Below are positions 9,146-18,179 of a stretch of DNA of 64,000 nucleotides, one piece after another. The notes under the pieces were generated by a model that was not told the DNA's origin, made no database searches, and saw only the letters and a program-made list of their open reading frames with translations. A program made the position numbers and the translations under genes. Source of the DNA: an uncultured archaeon (GTDB taxonomy: Archaea > Asgardarchaeota > Lokiarchaeia > Sigyniarchaeales > SOKP01); the NCBI GenBank assembly GCA_964447495.1, contig CAYUTF010000003.1:30684-94683 (forward strand), in the 5' to 3' direction. The first letter of the stretch is position 1; each line of letters opens with the position of its first letter.

Positions 9146-9904
9146 TTATACAGATATATTTTCTAATTTCTTTACTGCATTTACTATTGGCGGAAGAACC
9201 TCCATAATATCTTCATAAAATCGTAAATCGGGGTTGTACTTTAATGGGATTTCCCCACGATTTAGGATAATGAGTTTTGCGCCATTTTGTTTGGCATATA
9301 AGGGTAATTCTGCAGCAGGATACACAACTAATGAAGAACCAATAACAAAAAATACATCTGATGAAATTGATCTATTTATAGCTTCTTCAAGCTCATCCAC
9401 AGGTAAGGGATCGTTAAAATTTACAATGCTTGAGATAACTCTACCTCCACATTTAGGACATATTGGTTGATTTTTGCGAGGAGAGTCTGTACGATACCCA
9501 TTCCCCCAGATTCTTTTATCCCACCCAATTTCTTCATAAGTATATTTGGTATTACAGCTGAGGCATTTCATAAAATGGCGATTGCCATGCAATTCAGCTA
9601 ATTTATCAAAGGGAATTCCTGATTTAGCATGTAAGCCATCAACATTTTGGGATATTACATAATCTAATTTTCCCATTTTTAAAAGATCCACTATAGCATT
9701 GTGAGCAGCATTAGGTTTAACCTGATCCCAGGGCAGAGATTTAGGAGGGGGAAGGTTCTTATCCCTTCTGGTCCAGACACCATTAGGACCCCGATAGTCA
9801 GGTAATCCAGAATGAGTTGAGATTCCCGCACCAGTAAATATAACTAATTTCTTTGAATCTACTATCCATTTAGCTACTAAGTCAATTTTCTCTTCTAAAT
9901 CCAT
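9146..9904 (-). CDS. NAD-dependent sirtuin deacylase, class IV (SIRT6/7)-like
   Basis: [29 protein letters not shown], ELHGN, two CxxC, [10 protein letters not shown]. Confidence 0.92.
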   Translation of the reverse strand: [252 protein letters not shown]

Positions 9905-9948
9905 AATAAGTTTAAAAAAAATCTTGTATAAAAAATTAATTGTTGGGA

Positions 9949-11217
9949 TTAAACGATTTCGCTTAGATTTATTCCTTTTGTTTCCTTGATATTCTTATAA
10001 ATTAGGGGGATGTTTATCAAAAATAATAAGCTTAAGGCAACAAATGATATTGCTAAACCTAAACTAAAAGTTATAAAAAAGCTTATCAGTAATCCAATAG
10101 TAACTCCTGAAGCAGCAACTAATGATTTTAACCCTGTTGCGGTTCCTCTTGTCTCTGTAGGTACAATTTCTAGGGTTACAATACTTATTAAGATGCGAAA
10201 GCCCCAGTAACATAGATTAGCTATTCCGGCTCCAAGAGCCACTACAATTAATGCACCTTGTGGCAAATTAACGCCAAAAACTACTATTAATAAGGATATG
10301 GGAAATAAAATAGAATAAAGATATAAAAGAGGCTTTCTACCATATTTATCTGCAACTATTCCTGTAATCAAATATCCCAAAATAGACGCTATCCCCATTA
10401 TCCATACTATCAAATCTACATCATCTTTAGATAATGGACTGTTTGTAAGAAAATTTTCTCCAACTAAAATAAATAGATTATTTACTCCTACGATTAAACT
10501 TATTATTAAAATTGTGTCATACTGAGACTTGCGTGAAGATTTAAAAATTAATTTAAGATTTTCTTTAAATTTATTAGAAGGTCTTTCTTCGGCTAATTTT
10601 ATTTCTTTAATTTCCTGATATTTAGATGTTTCTTTAAAAGTAAGAAGAATAATAATACTTAAAGGAATGCCCAAAGCAATTGCAAAATATGTCATTCCTC
10701 TCCAATCTACAATGATACTATGAAAGAAAGGAATTAATAAAGCTCCAGCTACACCTCCAATCAGTACAAAATTCGTGTATAAAGCTCGTTTTTTTGGTGG
10801 GCTTTCTTCGTTTATGAATATGACCCAGATATCCGAATTGAAGAAAAAATATAAAAAAAACAGAAAGATAGTAAACATGACAATATTCGTAGATAATGAA
10901 ATTAATAGTGAGAAGAATCCCATTCCGAATATAGTAATAACCAAAAGAATCTTCCTTCCAATCTTATCGGTTAAATATTGATTGATGATAACAAAAAACA
11001 TACCTAATGTCGAAATTGCCAAAAAAAGTTGGTAATAGGCAATAGCCGCATCCTCAGCTAATAAAGGAAAGAATTCTGCAGAAATATCCGATACAACTAC
11101 ATTTAGATTATTAGTAGTATATGTATCTAAAATCTCTACAAACATTAATATGAAAATCATATATTTAAAATAATTTTTTGATTTATGTTGACTATTCATG
11201 GTTTTTTTAGTGATCAT
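9949..11217 (-). CDS. MFS transporter
   Basis: About 12 TM segments; DKIGRK and DKYGRK loop motifs; EIVPTETRG. Confidence 0.9.
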   Translation of the reverse strand: MITKKTMNSQHKSKNYFKYMIFILMFVEILDTYTTNNLNVVVSDISAEFFPLLAEDAAIAYYQLFLAISTLGMFFVIINQYLTDKIGRKILLVITIFGMGFFSLLISLSTNIVMFTIFLFFLYFFFNSDIWVIFINEESPPKKRALYTNFVLIGGVAGALLIPFFHSIIVDWRGMTYFAIALGIPLSIIILLTFKETSKYQEIKEIKLAEERPSNKFKENLKLIFKSSRKSQYDTILIISLIVGVNNLFILVGENFLTNSPLSKDDVDLIVWIMGIASILGYLITGIVADKYGRKPLLYLYSILFPISLLIVVFGVNLPQGALIVVALGAGIANLCYWGFRILISIVTLEIVPTETRGTATGLKSLVAASGVTIGLLISFFITFSLGLAISFVALSLLFLINIPLIYKNIKETKGINLSEIV

Positions 11218-11417
11218 AATATTACTTCGTCCTAATAATATTTAAAATTAAAAAATAAATAAATAATATCCCATTATATCAAGCAATTTGACTTCAAGAA
11301 CATAAAATTGAATTAACCATGTAGTTTTTTAATATATAAAAATATACATAATTGGAAATTAGTTGCAGAAAGTTTTTATTTCTATATGGTGAAGTATATA
11401 TAAAGTAATACGGTTGA

Positions 11418-11816
11418 GTGTATTTGACGTTTGCTATAGAATTTGAAGAAGATGCTATTAAAAATATTCAGAAAGATTATATTCAGGTGAAATGTGATCC
11501 TAATCAATTGAAATTGATAAAGAGCGTATCCCAAATATTATCTGAACAAATTGATGTCCCTATATTAACCATGAGAGGGGCAACTTGGTATGCATTGAAG
11601 GAATGGCAGACAATAAATAATAAAAACATCGCACAATTAAATAACTTTCCAATTACCGAAAAATTGTTCGCTGCAAAAGAGATTTTTGACATTGGAAAGC
11701 GTGTATTAACAGAAATATTAAAAGATCCATGTAATGAAAATAAAAATAAGTTAGATATTGCATATGAAAAAGCATTCAAAATATATTTGAATGCGATTAA
11801 TCGGATTTCTCATTAA
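11418..11816 (+). CDS. Hypothetical protein
   Basis: 132-aa ORF filling an intergenic gap; no motif recognised. Confidence 0.6.
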   Translation: MYLTFAIEFEEDAIKNIQKDYIQVKCDPNQLKLIKSVSQILSEQIDVPILTMRGATWYALKEWQTINNKNIAQLNNFPITEKLFAAKEIFDIGKRVLTEILKDPCNENKNKLDIAYEKAFKIYLNAINRISH

Positions 11817-12562
11817 AATATTTTTAATACTTCTTTTCTCGTTTTAAGCGCATTAATAAAGCTTAGGAAATTAGGATCAAGCTCATAATAAGAAATCATT
11901 TGAAGAGATCCATCAAAATCGTTTAAATTAGATAAATTATGGGAATCACATCCAATTGAGACCATGATCTCCGAATTTTTTAAGTAGCTAAAAAACGTCT
12001 CATTTCTTCTTGAAAAATATTGAGAGTAACTTGAGTTAAATTCAAAAAAAATATTATTCTCTTTCAAAAATTTAATTAAAACTCCCAAATCGTTATATTC
12101 AAAATATGATGGGTCAAAATGGGCTAATCCTAACAATGCGAGCTCCTTTTTTCTACCATATTTTTGCTTCCAGTATAAAAGGAGGTTTCTTATAAAAGCT
12201 ATCCCCTCAAAACTTTCTAGATATTCAAATAAGATAATATCAAAGTGATAGGGGTTAATTAAATTTGATAAGAATTCATAGGAACTGCTGATATCGATCT
12301 CCACTCCTTTAAAAAGACCGAAGTTGGGAGCCTTAATTTTGAATTCTTTTTGAATATCTGAGATTTCATTTAAATATCTTCTTATTTTCACTTTATCATT
12401 TAAACTTGGAATAATATCGGCCTTCCATGAGTTTGTGCAATGATCTGTTATGCTTATATAATTTAATCCCAGATTGATTGATTTTTCAACAATTTCTCTT
12501 ATTGAGTTTTTACCATCAGAATAATTCGAATGAATATGCAGATTAATCTTTGGAAAATTCAT
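11813..12562 (-). CDS. PHP-domain phosphoesterase
   Basis: NLHIHSNYSDG, ITDH, GVE, LAH, GCDSH. Confidence 0.88.
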   Translation of the reverse strand: MNFPKINLHIHSNYSDGKNSIREIVEKSINLGLNYISITDHCTNSWKADIIPSLNDKVKIRRYLNEISDIQKEFKIKAPNFGLFKGVEIDISSSYEFLSNLINPYHFDIILFEYLESFEGIAFIRNLLLYWKQKYGRKKELALLGLAHFDPSYFEYNDLGVLIKFLKENNIFFEFNSSYSQYFSRRNETFFSYLKNSEIMVSIGCDSHNLSNLNDFDGSLQMISYYELDPNFLSFINALKTRKEVLKIF

Positions 12563-12580
12563 GATTAGAGAGAAATATAA

Positions 12581-14452
12581 TTAGATTCCGAATGATTTTA
12601 ACTCTTTATAATTGAACCACATTAATATTGAACTAAATATAAGTGCAATTTCAAAAAAGATTAAAAGTCCGCTAAATATGAATTTTATAGCTAGTTGTGG
12701 AACAATAGTTATTCCAATATTTAATTCTTGAATGATAACGATATCATTCATAAAAAGAAGGATAATGAAGAAATTAAGAACACAAAAAAATACTTCAATA
12801 CTCACTAACGAAATAGTAATAAAATTTAAGACTCCGGACTTCTTTTTTCCTAATTCTATGATTTGAGCGCTGCCTAAGTTTATTGCTACTACTTGTTTAT
12901 CTATTTTTTTAACAAAGTAATATACGATTTCTCGAATTGAAATAACATCGAAAATAAGCAATCCAATATTAAATAGACAAATTAAAATTAAAATTCTATT
13001 TAATAAAATAACTGAAGGATTGAGAATAGAATTATTATTAATTAACCAAATAAAGGTGCTTAAAATAAGAATTAGAAAAAACTTTATTCCTGATAAAGTT
13101 AATCTGATTGAATGCCGGTCGGTGATAGTTAATAAGTAATAAGCAACACCAACAATAGAAATAATAAACCCTATAAGAATTGCTGTTAAAGATAAGAATA
13201 AAGAGAAGAATAAAAATAAGATACTAATAAAAATAGGCAAATATGGAAAGAAAGGTGCTTTAAATGGACGATCTAATTCCTTTCTTTTTCTTCTTAATTT
13301 AACAGCAGCATAATTAACAGCTGCTAAACCAAAAAAATAAATAAAGCTTATAGTTTCAGCAGTTAATCCAATCTCGGCAAAAATAGTAAAGATACTGGCG
13401 ATAGATGCTGTAATAATCAAAGCAAGAGATGGAAAATTAGTAAATTTTTTTGTTTCTTTTATTTTTTCAGGGAAATAGTGATCTCTCGCAAGAGCAGTAA
13501 TTACACTTACTGCAGATCCTAATGACGCATTAATTAATATCAGTGTGGAAATTAATGTCGCTAAAGCCATTATAAAAAATCCAATAATTCCAAAAGGACC
13601 TAAAATATTCATTAAGATATTTGCTAATAAAACTGGACTTTCGTTCAAGTTAGTTGGATCATTTCCAATATTTATTAACACCACAAAAGTGACTAGTAGG
13701 TATATTAACAGAGTAATTAATATAGCCATTATATTTACTCTTGGAATGTTTTTTGATGGACTTTTTAAATTAATGTTCAAATACGCAAGATTTGAAGTAA
13801 TAGATGAGAAAAATATGAATAAGACTGAAAAAATCGATATTACACTGAAAAAATCAGTTCCAGTAAAAAGAAAGTTAGGATTATAACTTGGTGCATCAAT
13901 GAGTGGTGATACTATTAGGCCACAAATAATAAAGAAAGCAAAAATCCCGATTAAACTCATTGTGAGATAGAGTAAAGTTTTAATAGCAATGCTTTGAGCT
14001 CGAAAAATTACAACACTTGTAAATACTATGGCAATTATTGCAATTGGGGCTACAAAGGGAGAAATTGCATCTGTTCCAAATTTTTTTCCTACTTCTTTGA
14101 ATACTAACGCAAAGATTTGTGCAGAAAAAGAACAGGAAGCAATATTAGCTATCCATAAAAAAAACCCAATTATAAAAGCTAAAAACCCTCCCAATCCTTC
14201 TTTGCTAAAATTATAAGATCCACCAGCACGTGGTAAGCTTGTAGACAATTCAGCATAATTAAGCGCAGTAAAAAAGATTAAAATACCACATAGTATGAGA
14301 CTGATTAAAACTCCCGGACCTGCAATAGAAATAGCATCCCCCAATAAAATGAATATCGATCCACCTATTCCAACTCCAATCCCATAAAGGATCCCTTGAT
14401 ACAATTTCATATTTCTATCGGGAAGGCTTCCTTCTTTTTTAGTTTCATTCAT
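12581..14452 (-). CDS. APC-family amino acid permease with extra C-terminal TM segments
   Basis: IGGSIF, YAELSTSLPRAGGSY, ALARD, RPFKAPFFPYLP. Confidence 0.88.
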   Translation of the reverse strand: MNETKKEGSLPDRNMKLYQGILYGIGVGIGGSIFILLGDAISIAGPGVLISLILCGILIFFTALNYAELSTSLPRAGGSYNFSKEGLGGFLAFIIGFFLWIANIASCSFSAQIFALVFKEVGKKFGTDAISPFVAPIAIIAIVFTSVVIFRAQSIAIKTLLYLTMSLIGIFAFFIICGLIVSPLIDAPSYNPNFLFTGTDFFSVISIFSVLFIFFSSITSNLAYLNINLKSPSKNIPRVNIMAILITLLIYLLVTFVVLINIGNDPTNLNESPVLLANILMNILGPFGIIGFFIMALATLISTLILINASLGSAVSVITALARDHYFPEKIKETKKFTNFPSLALIITASIASIFTIFAEIGLTAETISFIYFFGLAAVNYAAVKLRRKRKELDRPFKAPFFPYLPIFISILFLFFSLFLSLTAILIGFIISIVGVAYYLLTITDRHSIRLTLSGIKFFLILILSTFIWLINNNSILNPSVILLNRILILICLFNIGLLIFDVISIREIVYYFVKKIDKQVVAINLGSAQIIELGKKKSGVLNFITISLVSIEVFFCVLNFFIILLFMNDIVIIQELNIGITIVPQLAIKFIFSGLLIFFEIALIFSSILMWFNYKELKSFGI

Positions 14453-14514
14453 CGTTAATCATTAATGTCAGTTATTGAGAAAATAGGATTATATAATGAT
14501 TAGATTACTTCATC

Positions 14515-16008
14515 CTATGACTTTTCTAAATGGAAGATGCCAGAGATTATTGTAAATCCCGCACTAATTAATAATAATATACTAATAAAACTAAGGTCAA
14601 AATCACCGATTTCAATTAGATTAATGCCACCGAAATTAATAAAATTAAAGATATCTCCTAATGCTAAGATAATAAAAAAGATACCAACACATATTAATAT
14701 ACCACCAAAAAATTTTGAAAGCCGGTAAATCAATGAAAGCGTTTTTAATCGATTAATTCTACTTTCTTTATCTCGAATTTCCTCTTCTTGATTTTCTAAT
14801 TCTACTTTTAGTTCTTGAAGGAGTGCTTTTGCATCATTTGTGCTATTTTCGATCACTTCTTTAGATTTTATTAGCTTATCGTGCTCTGCTTGCATATAAC
14901 TTAGTTTTTCTGATAAAGAATTTAATCGTTCTTCTCTCTCAATATATTCATGGTTTGTGCCTTCAATATTTGCTTTTAAATCATCCAATCTTTTTTCATT
15001 AACTTCAATAAGATTTTTTTGTTTAGCAATCTGGTCATTAATAGTCACAAAAGTTTCATTTAAATTTTGAATCTTTGACTCTAATTCAATTAATGCTTGT
15101 TGCTTTTCAGTTAGCTGTACTTTATATTTAGCAAGTAATTCTTCATAAGTCGCTCTTTGTTCCTCCATTTCAGGAAAGCCTTCTTTATAGTCCTGAATTT
15201 GTTGTTCAATTAATTTTATTCTTGATTCTTTCTTATCAATTTGTTCAGCTAATAACTTTTTTTCTTCTTCCTTTACTTCTATTTCCTTATTTGTATGTTC
15301 TAACTCAAATTTATTTTTATCGATGGTAGCTTTCATTGTGTCATTTTCAGCTTTAAGACTTTGAATCTTTTTTTCTAATGCTGCTGCTGCTTCTTTTTGC
15401 TTTTCAACAATATCTTGTTTTTCTTGGATTTCTTGCTTAAATTTAGAGATATTAGTTCTCAATTCTTCTTGAGTTGCGACTTTCTCTTTAACACTATCAG
15501 TAAGAACAATAAGATCTACCTGTCTTGCTTCATAAGTATTTACTAATTGTTCATTTAGTTTTATTAATTCTTTATATTCCTCTTCAAGGTTTTCTTTACT
15601 CTCTTTTACAATCTCTAGACTTTCTTCTAAATTTTGCATCTCTTCATTTTTTTTATTATACTTTTCTTCTAATTCCTTGATAGTCTCTTCTAATACCGTT
15701 AAGTATTCATCTTTGTCATCTACTTTTTTTTTTACAACATTAAATTTCTCTTCAGCTACTTTGAGTTCTTGATTTATCTCTTCAAGTTCCTTCTTTTCCT
15801 TAACTTTGATTTCTTCATCGGAATCGTTTTCTTTGATTGTATCCGAGATATGTTCTATGCTATTCTCAAATGTTCTTAGCTTTTTATCAATTAAATCTCT
15901 AGAATTCTTAGCTTTAGATAAGATTTCTTTATCAACTCTTTCGACATCCTTTTCAAGCTTGTTTTCTTCCTTTTTCTCCTTCTCATCTTCCTTTAAATCG
16001 TCAGTCAT
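14515..16008 (-). CDS. Long coiled-coil protein with C-terminal two-helix membrane anchor
   Basis: About 420 aa of E/K/Q-rich heptads with no NTPase motif, then two hydrophobic segments at the extreme C-terminus. Confidence 0.8.
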   Translation of the reverse strand: MTDDLKEDEKEKKEENKLEKDVERVDKEILSKAKNSRDLIDKKLRTFENSIEHISDTIKENDSDEEIKVKEKKELEEINQELKVAEEKFNVVKKKVDDKDEYLTVLEETIKELEEKYNKKNEEMQNLEESLEIVKESKENLEEEYKELIKLNEQLVNTYEARQVDLIVLTDSVKEKVATQEELRTNISKFKQEIQEKQDIVEKQKEAAAALEKKIQSLKAENDTMKATIDKNKFELEHTNKEIEVKEEEKKLLAEQIDKKESRIKLIEQQIQDYKEGFPEMEEQRATYEELLAKYKVQLTEKQQALIELESKIQNLNETFVTINDQIAKQKNLIEVNEKRLDDLKANIEGTNHEYIEREERLNSLSEKLSYMQAEHDKLIKSKEVIENSTNDAKALLQELKVELENQEEEIRDKESRINRLKTLSLIYRLSKFFGGILICVGIFFIILALGDIFNFINFGGINLIEIGDFDLSFISILLLISAGFTIISGIFHLEKS

Positions 16009-16345
16009 ATGATCAATTTTTTATAGAATTGGTTTTACGTTTTATTAAATTAGAAGTAGAATTAAAAATATAAAGTTTAATTTTTATTTAAATATGAAAA
16101 AAAAATTGGGCTTTGATCGACTATTTTGTTGATTATATAGATGTTTCTACTATTCATCCAATTACACTACCTAAGTAAATATATGTATTTAAGATATCTA
16201 AATTTATGATACACTCATTCGATTCGTTTAATAGGGTAATATTTTAAACAATAAATTTAAATATGACTATTGGTGTGAATAAATAAAAATTTTAAAAAGG
16301 GATACTAGAGAATTTTACGCACCATTTACTCATATCTGTAATTTA

Positions 16346-16573
16346 TTAGATGATATTATAAAAAGGAAATTCCTTTGCCACATATTTAGAAATATAAACA
16401 CTCGCTTTTCCGATTCGCTCTTTTTCAGGAATTATGTCATATTCCATTGATAGTTGTCTAAAAAATAGAGCGATTATATCTTGTGGTTTTTGAATATAAG
16501 TATTTTCAGGGATTTTCATCAAATACAATTGTGTTCGATTCCTAATTTGGGAAGCTGAGCTTACAGAAGTCAT
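16346..16573 (-). CDS. Small hypothetical protein
   Basis: Starts 12 nt after the stop of the co-oriented upstream gene. Confidence 0.55.
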   Translation of the reverse strand: MTSVSSASQIRNRTQLYLMKIPENTYIQKPQDIIALFFRQLSMEYDIIPEKERIGKASVYISKYVAKEFPFYNII

Positions 16574-16585
16574 TTTTTCAATACT

Positions 16586-18076
16586 TTAATTTTCTTTATA
16601 CAATTTTACCTCTATAAAAAGATCAAGAGTTCTTGGACCAAAAGTCGTCAATATATAAAAATTTTCTCTTGTTCCCAATTCTAACTCCCGATTTATAATT
16701 GGAATTATTAATTGCTTAGACCCATATGTACTAGCAATTCTATGATCAAGATGGTTAAAATCTGCCCGATTCTCTTTAGCTAATACCGTATGCATGAATT
16801 TTGAGCTATCTTCTTTACTTAATTCTGCAAAATAATAATGTAAATCAAGATAATTACCAATTTCATGTTCATTGATTAATAAAGAAGTAGTTGTGTGATA
16901 AGAACGAATAAGTACTTCTCCATCATTCAAATTTGGATATTTTTTTAAAGCATCATGAAAAATCTTTTTTATGATATCTGTCAGAAATAATAATTGAGTA
17001 ATACTATAACTCCTTAATTGTATTTTATAGCGTGATAATATCTGATTACCATAGGTTTGATGATAAGATTCTTTTATTTTTATAAAAGTATTACAGTTAA
17101 CTTGATTTATAGGTTGAAAAATAGTTGAATTTAATCGATTGATATTACGGAAAATCCAACTTCTTAATAAGTTTTTTTGAGAAAAAGGTAATAATTCTGT
17201 TGCTTCTAAAAAACCTCTTGTTATTTGAGAGATTTCTAAAGTGGGAGTAGCGCTTCCAATCGAGATTCTATACCAAAAATTTTGAATAAGCCCTTTTATA
17301 TTAAAGATATTTTTGAAAATGTCAGTAGGTGTCATCCCTCCGAAAGCTCTTGGATCAATCTCGATCCATAAATTAACATATTTTTTTAAAATGTTAACAT
17401 ATCTCTCTAACTCACTTGCTACGTCAATACCACTCAAAATAATAGTATTATTAGGATATTTAGATACAAAGCTTTCAATTCGTTCAAGTGTTGTATATTC
17501 ACGATGATTGTCTGGAAATTTAAAATTACCAAGATCAATTTTTATAAAAAGGGATTTATTGCTACAAAATTTTAAGATCTGCTTCAATTGTTCGTTTGCA
17601 TTATCTAAAAGTTCTAATTTTATGAATGATGGATAAATAACGATTCCACAAACCGGGATTTGCTTTTGAATACGTTCGATTTCTATAATAGAGTTTTTTT
17701 CTGGCGCATTATTACTAAGATCAAATGATAAAATACCTTTAAAGATTGTTGGTTCCTTGCCAATTACTTTAATAACATCAGAATTAGAAATACCATACGA
17801 TTTTCCTATATCCATAGCTTGAACCAAACCTCTATGAATTCCTGAACAGCTAAATTCAATTTTTTCATCCTCAATACTTAGTTTCCTTTTATAAAATAGG
17901 GGGGTTCTCTGATTATCTTTTAATTTTAAAAGGTTATTTAAAGCGTCTGAATGGGGTATGTCGCTAAATATAGGCCAAATAAGACTGTCTATTTTCCCAT
18001 ATGAAAAAGCATCACCAAAAGTATTACCAAAGATGCACGTAAAGTCAGGTTGATATAATCTCTCCATATCAATCAA
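16586..18076 (-). CDS. Amidohydrolase-like domain fused to a C-terminal YjbQ/UPF0047 domain
   Basis: C-terminal HTTTSLLINE...LIIPIINRELELGTRENFY...GPR is YjbQ-like. The middle (GIVIYP, KYPNNTIIL, NLWIEI, RISIGSATP) resembles a degenerate amidohydrolase_2 barrel. Confidence 0.65.
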   Translation of the reverse strand: MIDMERLYQPDFTCIFGNTFGDAFSYGKIDSLIWPIFSDIPHSDALNNLLKLKDNQRTPLFYKRKLSIEDEKIEFSCSGIHRGLVQAMDIGKSYGISNSDVIKVIGKEPTIFKGILSFDLSNNAPEKNSIIEIERIQKQIPVCGIVIYPSFIKLELLDNANEQLKQILKFCSNKSLFIKIDLGNFKFPDNHREYTTLERIESFVSKYPNNTIILSGIDVASELERYVNILKKYVNLWIEIDPRAFGGMTPTDIFKNIFNIKGLIQNFWYRISIGSATPTLEISQITRGFLEATELLPFSQKNLLRSWIFRNINRLNSTIFQPINQVNCNTFIKIKESYHQTYGNQILSRYKIQLRSYSITQLLFLTDIIKKIFHDALKKYPNLNDGEVLIRSYHTTTSLLINEHEIGNYLDLHYYFAELSKEDSSKFMHTVLAKENRADFNHLDHRIASTYGSKQLIIPIINRELELGTRENFYILTTFGPRTLDLFIEVKLYKEN

Positions 18077-18179
18077 ATAATTGAAATTTTAAAAAATTTA
18101 GATAAATTAATTTAATTACAAAAATCAAATAATAATTATAAATTTAATTTCAACTAAAATTAAATAGAATTCTCTAAAG

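Noticed and set aside
14515-16008. SMC/Rad50 call
   Set aside because: No Walker A/B, hinge or zinc hook; it has a TM tail instead.
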